64,000 nucleotides of DNA from Macrostomum lignano (GCA_002269645.1 NIVC01001035.1:1-64000), one strand, 5' to 3'; shown: positions 10,601-21,870, counted from the stretch's first letter. Notes: generated by a model not told the origin, from the sequence alone. A program made the numbers and translations.

Positions 10601-13600
10601 CAATTCTTAGTTGGCGTACGAGACGGCAGTTTCTACGTGTTCACTCTGTACATCGACTCCGACATGCGCCAGTTGAACGGCTTCCACTGGGAGCCGGTCG
10701 GGAAATCTTCGCCGCTGTCTTGCTTTGCTATGCTAACAGCTATGGAAGCTGAGACTGCCGGCCTCACTATCGGAGCTAATCCGGCCGACGTCACTGATAG
10801 CGGCGGCATGTTGTTTGTTGGTTCGTTTGTGTCGGATTCCGAATTAGTCCGTTTAGTTGGCACCGGACCAATGCCAACGCCTGTGCAGTTTACTAATGGC
10901 GACGCGTCTGCCGCGGCCGCTGCACCGACAGCTCCGGCTACCCCGCCTCCGCCGCCGTCGCCTCCAACCATAGACGATGACGATGACAATGAGAATGTTG
11001 AAGAAGATGACGATATGCGGGATAATAGTAAAGCAACTGAGCACAATGATGAGGATGAAGGCGATGGAGATGCTAATGAAGAGCCTCAGAATCCTCAGAC
11101 CGATGAAGCTGATGTAGAAATCAAACAGGAAGAAGAGGACAATCATTCCGAAGCAACAGTCGCGAAACGGCGTCGTCTTGAATCGTCTTTCTCAAACACG
11201 TCGCTAGTGTCTCCTCCTCCTCATACTAGTGCTGCTCAGGACCAAGATGAGTCAGTGGACAAGCCAACTGTTAATCCGGCGGATTCCTTGAATGAGGACA
11301 GTCAACAGGCGCCGCCTTCGTTGATGTCGCAATCGTCCGTGACACCGTCCGAGCAGCAGCAGCAGCAGGAGGAGCCGCCTCAGCAGCCGCTTGGCGTGCC
11401 GCAGGTGTCCGATCCAGAGCTTGACGAAATCTACGAAACAGAAGAGGCGGCCAGCCAATCAGATCCGACTAAACGATTCCAATTAGATCGATGCGATTAT
11501 TTGCCAAATGTTGGGCCAATTGGCGAGCTCACGGCCGCTTATATACAGGGCATGTTCGATAATTTCCTAGTGAAAGAGTCGGCAAATCTTGAATTGTTAA
11601 CCTCCTATGGACACGCTGAGCACGGCGGTATTAACTTGTTGCAGCGCAGTGTTCGGCCTCTAATTCATTCTAGCTTTGAGATTCCCGACTGCTCAAGCCT
11701 GTGGTCACTCTACGGCGACAGGCGGCGGCCTTGGCAGTTCGAGAGCAACGCCGAAGAAGATGAGGAATGCGAAGGTCACGGCTATTTAGTGCTCAGTAGA
11801 GAGGAGACTAGTCTGGTGTTTCAGGTCACGGACGAAATTGCCGAGCTGGAGGATTCAGGATTTTCTACTAGCGAGCCTACTCTGTGGGCTGCGGATGTTG
11901 GCGACGATCTGAGCTTGCAGGTGAGCAGCATCACCTCCACCCTCCCAGATCCTCAGTTGCTGGGCCAGCCTCCCAGATCCTCAGTTGCTGGGCCAGCCTC
12001 TCAGACCTCAGTTGCTGGGCCAGCCTCCCAGATCCTCAGTTGCTGGGCCAGCCTCCCAGATCCTCAGTTGCTGGGCCAGCCTCCCAGATCCTCAGTTGCT
12101 GGGCCAGTCTCTCAGATCCACTGTTGCTGGGCCAGCCTCCCAGATCCTCAGTTGCTGGGCCAGCCTCCCAGTTCCTCAGTTGCTGGGCCAGCCTCCCAGA
12201 TCCTCAGTTGCTGGGCCAGCCTCCCAGATCCTCAGTTGCTGGGCCAGTCTCTCAGATCCACTGTTGCTGGGCCAGCCTCCCAGATCCTCAGTTGCTGGGC
12301 CAGCCTCCCAGATCCTCAGTTGCTGGGCCAGCCTCCCAGATCCTCAGTTGCTGGGTCACCAGCCTCCCAGATCCTCAGTTGCTGGGTCACCAGCCTCCCA
12401 GATCCTCAGTTGCTGGGTCACCAGCCTCCCAGATCCTCAGTTGCTGGGTCACCAGCCTCCCAGATCCTCAGTTGCTGGGTCACCAGCCTCCCAGATCCTC
12501 AGTTGCTGGGTCACCAGCCTCCCAGATCCTCAGTTGCTAGGCTAGCCTCCCAGATTCTCAGACAGTGCTTAAACTTACATGTACCTTTATACTGTCTTAA
12601 TCAGCTATCTCACTAACCCCCTCCAACTCCTCAGGTGTGCCCGTCCTCAGTCCGTCTCCTTCGCGGCAGCCAGCAGGTGCTGGTGCAGCCGTTAGAAGAG
12701 CGAGCCCGCCTAGTCACTGTCTGCGATCCGTTCGTCCTCATAGTAGACGAAACTGACGGCTTCCTACTGCTGGAGGTGATCGGCGAGACCCTCAGAACGG
12801 AGAGGCCAACAGTGCAGCAGTACAGCTTTGCCACCGCCATCGCCATCACGGATCATCCGTTCCTGCGCTTGCATAGGAAACCTACCGCTGCTGATGATGG
12901 CGCTGCCGATTTTGCCGACTCTGCTGCCACGGCCGCCGCTGCAACCTTCGATCCTCTAGAAGAAGAAGACGTCCTGCTGTATGGCGACGCTCTAAGCGAA
13001 CGCGCCCGCCGGCCAGCCGCTCCGCCGCCGCCGCCAACTTACGATTCAGATTGTCAAACAACTCACTGGGCAATTGTGTGCTACGAGAGCGGCGCGTTAG
13101 AGATTTATCAATTGCCTGATTTTGTTTGCTGCTTCGCTGCTAAAGCCTTCTCCGATGGGCCAAGGCTGGTCACGGATGCTAGTCTGTTCGCCGCTACACA
13201 GGTCGGCGCTGGCGGCATTGACACCGCGACTGGTGCCTCGCTTCCGACAGCTGCCGCCGCCGATGACGATGTGCCGCCAGAGGTCAGTTGTTAACAAAGT
13301 ACATTGCGGATTTTTTGACATTGTTGTAGGCAGGGGGGTTGTGTGCACTTTGGCGCACTTTAAGCGACATAGGCACACAACCGGCGAGAGGCATTGCTGC
13401 CCATTCCGCCGACTCCCCTGAGCAGGCATACAAGCGCGCGGATACGTACGCAGGCACACACTCACACAGGAGTGTACAGCGGCCCTAACTATATTATCGT
13501 TAGGCATGTACACTTCACTGCGCCTTGGGGGGTTGGCTCTCAAGGCCGTTAATTGCACGAGCAGAGCCAAGCCGAGATTCCAATTCAGCCCCAAATTAAT

Positions 13601-16600
13601 GTGACTGCACTTGGAATCGAGCCTGGGTCGCTGGCACACCAGAGCAGCTTCTTCTTCTTCTTCTTCGGGTCGCGGTCATTCTGGCTAGCCAATAGGACCG
13701 GGTGTCTAGCACCATGCAGCCAGGGCGCTGACTCCGTGCGGGCGGACAGTAGACGGCGGAGTCCAATTTGCGGCCTGCAGAGAGTGGCCACTAAGCGAGG
13801 GGACCCAGGTCCCGGTGTGCAGGGCTCCACTGCAGGGCGGCTTACGCTGTAAAAACCGCCGTCCACCGCCAACCCAGCGGAAGGGGACAGCTCCCCCAGG
13901 CTGCATACCCGGATGTGAGACCAATTCGTCACCCCGTCGATGGTAGGATCGCACGAAGCTCCTGCCACATTGGCGGGGTGTCCAGGGGCGCGACGTGGAC
14001 GCTGGTCTCGTGCCCCCTCGCGCACCAGAGCAGCTGCGCTACCGCTGGGCTACGCCCCCCCCCCTGGCATCCGTGATTCAGGCACTCTTCTCTCAGCATC
14101 CGTGATTCAGCACCCTTGCCTCAGCACCCCTGATTCAGTACTCTTGCCTCAGCATCCCTGATTCAGCACTCTTGCCTCAGCATCCGTGATTCAGCACTCT
14201 TGCCTCAGCACCCCTGATTCAGCACTCTTGCCTCAGCATCCGTGATTCAGCACCCTTGCCTCAGCATCCGTGATTCAGCACTCTTGCCTCAGCACCCCTG
14301 ATTCAGCACTCTTGCCTCAGCATCCGTGATTCAGCACTCTTGCCTCAGCATCCGTGATTCAGCACTCTTGCCTCAGCATCCCTGATTCAGCACTCTTGCC
14401 TCAGCATCCCTGATTCAGCACTCTTGCCTCAGCATCCCTGATTCAGCACTCTTGCCTCAGCACCCCTGATTCAGCACTCTTGCCTCAGCATCCGTGATTC
14501 AGCACTCTTGCCTCAGCACCCCTGATTCAGGCACTCTTCTCTCAGCATCCGTGATTCAGCACCCTTGCCTCAGCATCCGTGATTCAGCACTCTTGCCTCA
14601 GCATCCCTGATTCAGCACTCTTGCCTCAGCATCCCTGATTCAGCACTCTTGCCTCAGCACCCCTGATTCAGGCACTCTTGCCTCAGCATCCCTGATTCAG
14701 CACTCTTGCCTCAGCATCCCTGATTCAGCACTCTTGCCTCAGCATCCGTGATTCAGCACTCTTGCCTCAGCATCCCTGATTCAGCACTCTTGCCTCAGCA
14801 TCCGTGATTCAGCACTCTTGCCTCAGCATCCCTGATTCAGCACTCTTCCCTCAGCACCCCTGATTCAGGCACTCTTGCCTCAGCACCCCTGATTCAGCAC
14901 TCTTGCCTCAGCATCCGTGATTCAGCACTCTTGCCTCAGCATCCCTGATTCAGCACTCTTGCCTCAGCATCCGTGATTCAGCACTCTTGCCTCAGCATCC
15001 CTGATTCAGCACTCTTGCCTCAGCATCCGTGATTCAGCACTCTTGCCTCAGCATCCCTGATTCAGCACTCTTCCCTCAGCACCCCTGATTCAGGCACTCT
15101 TGCCTCAGCACCCCTGATTCAGCACTCTTGCCTCAGCATCCGTGATTCAGCACCCTTGCCTCAGCATCCGTGATTCAGCACTCTTGCCTCAGCATCCCTG
15201 ATTCAGCACTCTTGCCTCAGCATCCGTGATTCAGCACTCTTGCCTCAGCATCCCTGATTCAGCACTCTTGCCTCAGCATCCGTGATTCAGCACTCTTGCC
15301 TCAGCACCCCTGATTCAGGCACTCTTGCCTCAGCATCCCTGATTCAGCACTCTTGCCTCAGCATCCGTGATTCAGCACTCTTGCCTCAGCATCCCTGATT
15401 CAGCACTCTTGCCTCAGCACCCCTGATTCAGACACTCTTGTCTCAGCATCCCTGATTCAGCACTCTTGCCTCAGCAGCCCTGATTCAGCACTCTTGCCTC
15501 AGCATCCCTGATTCAGCACTCTTGCCTCAGCATCCCTGATTCAGACACTCTTGTCTCAGCATCCGTGATTCAGTATTGTTGGTATTCCCAGTAAAGCATC
15601 GCTCGGTGTGAGTAATTTTCAAGAAATCACCTCTAATAAGAGTTACATTATAGGCACAAATTCACTACAAAATAACAGCGGGCCGCTAAATCCTTGTCAG
15701 GTGGAAGAGCTCAGCTTAATGCCAATCGGGCGTCACCTTGACCGCCTGCTGCTGCTCTGTCGCAGTCGTGACGAAGTGTCGGCCTACGAGGCGTACCCGG
15801 CCCCGGCCTCCGATGTGGCCGCTCTGCCACCGGGCCGACTGGCAGTTCGTCTGCGCCGATTAGACGATCTGGGCGTGCTGCTGCGGACCGGCAAGAAGCC
15901 AAGCAAGCAGCGCCGAACTGGCAAGCAACAGCAGCAGCAACAATTGCTGCTTCAACAGCAATCTGAATTGCAACAGCAGCTGCATGGCAAGCACGCTAGG
16001 CTATTAGTGCCATTCGAAGACATTGGCGGCTATCGCGGCCTGTTTGTCGGCGGCGTTCGGCCGCATTTTCTAGTCGTGTCCCCGTCTGGTCAGGCCTACT
16101 CTCATCCTATGTTCGTCGACGGCTCAGTGTGCGCCTTCTCTCCATTTGACCGGCACTTCTGCCGGCACGGATTTCTCTATCTGACTCCCGAACGCGATTT
16201 GAGAGTAGCCAGCCTGCCAGATGACTATGATTATGCTTCGCCTTGGCCTAGGAAACGGGTGCCATTGGGCCGCACAGTGCACTGCGTACAGTTCCATCGG
16301 GCTACTAGCACTTATCTGGTGGCTAGCAGTGCGCCCGAACTTAGCAATGCCATCTGCCGGCTGTCGTCTGATGGCGATAAGGTACGGTTTATTACTGCTG
16401 CTGTCTTTTTACTTGTGATGTATTGCACCTCTTTTAGAGTCTCGGCATCTCTTATTAGTATTTAGTATTTGTTTCCGTTGTCTACCTCCCTTCTCTTCCC
16501 TCTCTTCGCCACCCCTCTCTCCTCTACCCCTCTTTTCTCTACCTCTCTCTCTTCTCTACCCTCCCTTTTCTACCCCTCTTTTCTCTACCCTCTCTCTCTT

Positions 16601-19600
16601 CTCTACCCTCCCTTTTCTACCCCTCTTTTCTCTACCCTCTCTCTCTTCTCTACCCTCCCTTTTCTACCCCTCTTTTCTCTACCCTCTCTCTCTTCTCTAC
16701 CCTCCCTTTTCTACCCCCTCTTTTCTCTACCCTCTCTCTCTTCTCTACCCTCCCTTTTCTACCCCTCTTTTCTCTACCCTCTCTCTTCTCTACCCTCCCT
16801 TTTCTACCCCTCTTTTCTCTACCCCTCTTTTCTCTACCTCTCTCTCTTCTCTACCCTCCCTTTTCTACCCCTCTTTTCTCTACCCTCTCTCTCTTCTCTA
16901 GCCTCACTTTTCTACCCCTCTTTTCTCTACCCTCTCTCTCTTCTCTATCCTCACTTTTCTACCCCTCTTTTCTCTACCCTCTCTCTCTTCTCTACCCTCC
17001 CTTTTCTACCCCTCTTTTCTCTACCCTCTCTCTTCTCTATCCTCCCTTTTCTACCCCTCTTTTCTCTACCCCTCTTTTCTCTACCTCTCTCTCTTCTCTA
17101 CCCTCCCTTTTCTACCCCCTTTTCTCTACCTCTCTCTCTTCTCCATCCTCTCTTTTCTACCCCTCTTTTCTCTACCCTCTCTCTTCTCTACCCCTCTTTT
17201 CTCTACCCCTCTTTTCTCTACCCTCTCCTCTCTACCCCTCTTTTCTCTACCCCCTCTCTTCTTTACCCTCTCTCTTCTCTACCCCTCTCTTCTCTACCCC
17301 TCTCTTCTCTACCCCTCTCTTCTCTACCCCTCTTTTCTCCACCCTCTCTCTCTTCTCTACCATCCCTTTTCTACCCTCTCTCTTCTCTACCCCTCTTTTT
17401 CTCTACCCCTCTCCTCTACCCCTCACCCTTCTCAACCCCTTTTTCTTCTTTACCCCTCTCTCTTCTCTGCGTCCTCTTCTTTACCTTCTCTCCTCTACCC
17501 CTCCCTTCTCTACCCCCTCTCCTTTACCCCTATCTTCTCTACCTCCCCGTGTCTACCTCCCCGTCTCTACCCCCTTATCTGCCTCCTCTTCTCTATCTAC
17601 CTCTCTGTCTAAGTCAGTTTGGATTTTTAGCAAAGCTTAACGCTATTCTATTGTACTTCAATTGTACTATTAATACTACTAACCTGAATGCAAGTCAGTA
17701 GTTGAACACGCGTATTTCAATTCCCTCTCGCCGCAGGAAATCGACACCCGCGAAGTGCCGCCAACCCATTGTCTGCCATTCCGCGATCGCTACTATTTCG
17801 AAGCGTACACGCCCGACTGGCAGGCGATACCCGCTGTGAGGCTGGATATGCAGGTCTGGGAACGGGTGGCCTGCTGCAGAATTGTCCGACTGCAATCGGA
17901 GGAGACTGCCGAAGGATTCAAAGAGTTAGTTGCTGTGGCTACTAATTTAAGCTACAATGAGGAGATCACCTGCAAGGTGAGAGAGCGAATTACCGAGAGT
18001 GTACATGACTGACGATAAGATAGCCAGTAACAATAACGCGATGGTAACGGAACAGTTGTAGTAAACTCGCTTCACCGGTCGCAAAACCCTTCCAGGGCAC
18101 TATCACTCTACTGGACGTGATCAACGTTGTGCCGGAGCCAGGCCAGCCTCTCACAGCCTACAAGATGAAGCTGGCATTTCGGGAAGAACAGAAAGGCCCA
18201 GTGACTGCTCTGGCATCCTGTCACGGCCTGCTAGTCTCAGCCATTGGTCAGAAAGTCTACCTGTGGCAGCTTAAAGACGATAGATTAGTTGGCATAGCAT
18301 TCGTTGACTCGGAGATATTGATTCACTCTATTAATTGCGTTAAAAATCTCATTGTGACCTCGGATTTGGCCAAGTCTGTGCAGCTGCTGCGCTACCAGCC
18401 CAGTGTTCGAGTGCTGTCCATTGTTGCTAGGGACTCGGCTAGGTAAGAATTGCCTTTTTTCCCGAGAGGGGACACTGCGCAGTTATGAGTCAGTCTTATT
18501 GGGAATATTTCTAGTCTTGACTATTTATGGGAATTTATATAGGGCACGGGTCGGCAAACTCCTGTCCGAAAAGCCTCTCTATCCGGCCCTCGGGTCCTTT
18601 CAAAACTTCACAATGGCAATCTGGCCATCTCAGGGTTTGTGTCTCTTCTCAGCTTTCTTTACTCCTCTATCTATCTCCTATCCCCCTCTTCTCTCTCCTG
18701 TCTCCCCTCCTCTCTACTCTCCCCCCTCCTCTCTACTCTCTCCTCTCCTCTCTACTCTCTCCCCTCCTCTCTACTCTCCCTCCTCTCCTCTCTCCCCTCT
18801 TCTCTCTCCTCTCTCCCCTCCTCTCTACTCTCTCCCCTCCTCTCTACTCTCTCCCCTCCTCTCTACTCTCTCCTCTCCTCTCTCCCCTCTTCTCTCTCCT
18901 CTCTCCCCTCCTCTCTACTCTCTCCCCTCCTCTCTACTCTCTCCCCTCCTCTCTACTCTCCCTCCTCTCCTCTCTACTCTCTTCTCTCTCGTCTCTCCCT
19001 CCTCTCTACTCTCTCCCCTCCTCTCTACTCTCCCCCCTCCTCTCTACTCTCTCCTCTCCTCTCTACTCTCTCCCTTCCTCTCTACTCTCCCTCCTCTCCT
19101 CTCTACTCTCTTCTCTCTCGTCTCTCCCTCCTCTCTACTCTCTCCCCTCCTCTCTACTCTCCCCCCTCCTCTCTCCTCTCTACTCTCCCTCCTCTCCTCT
19201 CTACTCTCTTCTCTCTCGTCTCTCCCTCCTCTCTACTCTCTTCTCTCTCGTCTCTCCCTCCTCTCTACTCTCTCCCCTCCTCTCTACTCTCCCCTCTCTA
19301 CTCTCTCCTCTCCTCTCTACTCTCCCCTCCTCTCTCCCCTCCTCTCTACTCTCTCCCCTCCTCTCTACTCTCCCTCCTCTCCTCTCTCCCCTCCTCTCTA
19401 CTCTCTCCCCTCCTCTCTACTCTCTCCCCTCCTCTCTACTCTCCCTCCTCTCCTCTCTCCCCTCCTCTCTACTCTCCCCTCCTCTCCTCTCTCTCCTCCT
19501 CTCTACTCTCCCCTCCTCTCCTCTCTCCCCTTTTCTATCTACTCTCTCCCCTCTTCTCTCTCCTCTCTCCCCTCTCCCCTCTTGTCTCTCCCCTCTTCTG

Positions 19601-20898
19601 CAACCATTAGCTAGATTCTTTATCTGGCCCTTGAAGTAAGAAAGTGAGCCGACTCCTGTTATGGATCCAGGTAGTAAAATTTGCTTCAGCTCGATTTGAG
19701 CGGCAATCTAGTTAAAACCCATTTATAAATACTCTCAGGCGCCAAGTGTTCACTAGCAACTTCCTCGTAGACGGGCAAAATCTCGGCTTCCTGCTGTGCG
19801 ACTCTCGCCGCAATCTGCTCGCCTTCGCCTACGATCCCAGCGAGAAGCTCAGCAGGGGTGGCCGCAATCTGGTGCGCAAACGGGAGGCCCGACTGCCGTC
19901 TAGCGTGCACTGCTCACTGCGGGTGCACAACTGCCTGCGCGGGGGCGCCGGACTGGCTAAGACTAGGGATATTCAACAGGTGAGAGAGGGGTGTGTTCGA
20001 GACTTGTTGCTATGGTAACTTGTGTCTATACGTGTTTTAGTGTATTGACTTTTGTGCGTTGCTACGAAGTCAAATCCAGTGTGTTTCCATGACAACCAGT
20101 CCCGTGTGTTCCCATGACAACCAGTCCCGTGTGTCTCCATGTCAACCAATCCCGTGTGTTTTCGTGACAATCAGTCTCGTGTGGTGCCATGACAACCAAT
20201 CCCGTGTGTCTCCATGACAACCAGTCCCCGTGTGCTCCCATGACGATTCCCATTTATTTCCATGGGTTTCCATGACAACCAGTCTCGTGTAACCATGACA
20301 GCCGTCTCATCTGATTTTTTAATAACTAATGCCCCTTTTTCTGATAAAATTGAAGTCCCGTGTGCTTCAATGTCAACCAGCCCCGTCTGTTGCCATGACA
20401 ACTAATCAAGTGGTTTTCCAATAACAATATTTATGTTAATAGACGTTGATGTTCTTTGCGATGTTTTTGCTGTTGCTGCCATGCCAACTAAGCTAAAACA
20501 TGATCTTACTAACGCTATATTGAATTAGATGCTAATCCATACGCATGTCCGCACGCTCTCAGGGCCACTCGGTTGTCATGGGAACCGCCGAGGGCGGCCT
20601 GTACTTGTTAACCCCGGTTCGCCGACCAGTCTACACCCGGCTAATCATGCTGGAGAAGCACCTGAGCCACGCCGTGCTGCACCCAGCCGGCTTGCACCCC
20701 AGAGCTTCGAGAATCTATTCGCCAGCCAATCACGACTTGGAGCCGGCCAAATCCGGCATTATCGACGGCCACTTGATGTACCGCTACGTGTCGCTTGGCC
20801 ATTCCGAACGCGTTGAAGTGGCCAAGAAAGCCGGCTTGAGTGCCGACGCTATCCTGGATGATCTGGCCGAGATTCAAGTGTCCACTTTGCATTTCTGA
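7618..20898 (+). CDS. CPSF1: Cleavage and polyadenylation specificity factor subunit 1 (CPSF160); join(7618..9159,10337..11920,12635..13282,15701..16381,17737..17976,18096..18442,19739..19979,20563..20898), 1872 aa
   Basis: Motifs ELHPPT, LSVVEFD..T..L.ATSLH.YE, P.LRLDPQ.SC, LPFDC..L.VPKPIGG, VINVVPEPGQPLT..K, EQKGPVTAL, AGLHPRASR and C-terminal ILDDL...STLHF. All 7 introns are GT-AG with matching phase; total 5619 nt. A strong acceptor at 7590 lies just upstream of ATG 7618. Confidence 0.96.
9228..9297 (+). mobile_element. hAT-like MITE terminal fragment in CPSF1 intron 1
   Basis: Resembles the CAGGGGTC..CAAACTTTTT..GAGGGCC termini of hAT non-autonomous elements; 37/46 ungapped identity to the reverse complement of the terminus ending at 19658. 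Confidence 0.55.
9300..10052. repeat. Polypurine array, ~24-bp unit AGAAGGTAGGAGAGAAGAGAGACG
   Basis: Read directly. Confidence 0.9.
10070..10265 (+). mobile_element. tRNA-derived SINE (partial), CPSF1 intron 1
   Basis: A-box-like GCAGCTCAGCGATA and B box GGTTCGAATCC at 10125-10135; body motifs (GTAGTCACATT, GCCGCTGTGCAC..TGTGAG, TGCTCAGG) shared with the 13.3-14.06 kb copy. Confidence 0.65.
11942..12555. repeat. 28-bp minisatellite switching to a 31-bp variant (CCCAGATCCTCAGTTGCTGGGCCAGCCT), CPSF1 intron 2
   Basis: Read directly; it artificially extends ORF 10238..12616. Confidence 0.95.
13650..14022 (-). mobile_element. Non-autonomous ribozyme-headed retroelement (~370 bp) with (AAG)n tail and 13-bp TSD
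   Basis: TSD CACCAGAGCAGCT at 13637-13649 and 14023-14035; (CTT)6 on + at the left end; HDV-like ribozyme at the right (5') end; no credible coding region. Confidence 0.85.
13917..14017 (-). ncRNA. HDV/CPEB3-like self-cleaving ribozyme
   Basis: Minus strand: P1 GGGGGC/GCCCCU (G1.U), P2 GAGACCA/UGGUCUC, P3 GCG/CGC, L3 UCCACGU, P1.1 CC/GG, P4 CACCCCG/CGGGGUG, J4/2 ACGAAU with the catalytic C at + position 13928. Activity not tested. Confidence 0.85.
14066..15575. repeat. 28-bp minisatellite (TGATTCAGCACTCTTGCCTCAGCATCCC), CPSF1 intron 3
   Basis: About 53 tandem copies. Confidence 0.95.
16480..17605. repeat. Polypyrimidine (CT-rich) array, CPSF1 intron 4
   Basis: Read directly. Confidence 0.9.
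18545..19658. mobile_element. Degenerate hAT-like MITE enclosing a CT-rich array, CPSF1 intron 6
   Basis: Left CACGGGTCGGCAAACT versus right AGTGAGCCGACTCCTG (imperfect inverted termini) with a GGCCCTTGAAGTAAGAAAGT subterminal motif; no clear 8-bp TSD. Confidence 0.5.
18660..19600. repeat. Polypyrimidine array (CTCTCTACTCTCTCCCCTC-like)
   Basis: Read directly. Confidence 0.9.
20075..20405. repeat. Degenerate ~24-bp repeat (CCATGACAACCAGTCCCGTGTG), CPSF1 intron 7
   Basis: Several diverged copies. Confidence 0.75.
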
Positions 20899-21034
20899 CC
20901 TGTCAGTTGTCACCGGCGAGTTCTTCATTTGTTACTATTAAGTTGCCACCGGTGCTCACGGCAATGCCCGTGTGTCTTCATTCATTTTTGTTTGTGCGCT
21001 TAGTAGCTTTGAGACATGCGCGTTTTTAGATGCT

Positions 21035-21870
21035 CGTCTGTCTGTGTCTGGCTTAGTGTCTGTATGTGTCTGGCTTAGTGTCTGTCTGAGTCTGCCTTAG
21101 TGTCTGTCTGTCTGTGTCTGTCTGTGTCTGGCTTAGTGCCTGTCTGTGTCTGGCTTAGTGTCTGTCTGTGTCTGCCTTAGTGTCTGTCTGTGTCTGTCTG
21201 TGTCTGGCTTAGTGCCTGTCTGTGTCTGGCTTCGTGTCTGTCTGTGTCTGGCTTAGTGTCTGTCTGTGTCTGTCTGTGTCTGTCTGTGTCTGCCTTAGTG
21301 TCTGTCTGTGTCTGGCTTAGTGTCTGTCTGTGTCTGGCTTAGTGTCTGTCTGTGTCTGGCTTAGTGTCTGTCTGTGTCTGTCTGTGTCTGGCTTAGTGTC
21401 TGTCTGAGTCTGCCTTAGTGTCTGTCTGTGTCTGGCTTAGTGTCTGTCTGAGTCTGCCTTAGTGTCTGTCTGAGTCTGCCTTAGTGTCTGACTGTGTCTG
21501 CCTTAGTGTCTGTCTGTGTCTGTCTGTGTCTGGCTTAGTGTCTGTCTGAGTCTGCCTTAGTGTCTGTCTGTGTCTGGCTTTGTGTCTGTCTGTGTCTGTC
21601 TGTGTCTGGCTTAGTGTCTGTCTGAGTCTGCCTTAGTGTCTGTCTGTGTCTGTCTGTGTCTGGCTTAGTGTCTGTCTGAGTCTGCCTTAGTGTCTGTCTG
21701 TGTCTGGCTTAGTGTCTGTCTGAGTCTGCCTTAGTGTCTGTCTGAGTCTGCCTTAGTGTCTGCCTGTGTCTGCCTGTGTCTGCCTTGGTGTCTGCCTGTG
21801 TCTGCCTAGGTTTATGTCTGTGTCTCATTGTCCGTAAATATCTGTCCTAGTGTCTGTGTCTGTCTCTGCA
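21035..21870. repeat. 22-bp TGTC-based minisatellite (TGTCTGTCTGTGTCTGGCTTAG) downstream of CPSF1
   Basis: Read directly. Confidence 0.92.

Larger units (their letters stand above)
13300..14060 (-). mobile_element. tRNA-derived SINE interrupted by a nested retroelement
   Basis: Removing 13650-14035 restores GGGCGTAGCCCAGCGGTAGCGCAGCTGCTCTGGTGTGCCAGCGACCCAGGCTCGATTCC (A box then B box) followed by a ~300-bp body. Confidence 0.75.

Noticed and set aside
11884-12616. ORF extensions through CPSF1 intron 2
   Set aside because: The repeat unit lacks stops; the true exon ends at the donor at 11921
16469-19639. 400-aa Leu/Ser/Pro ORFs
   Set aside because: Polypyrimidine tracts cannot contain stop codons
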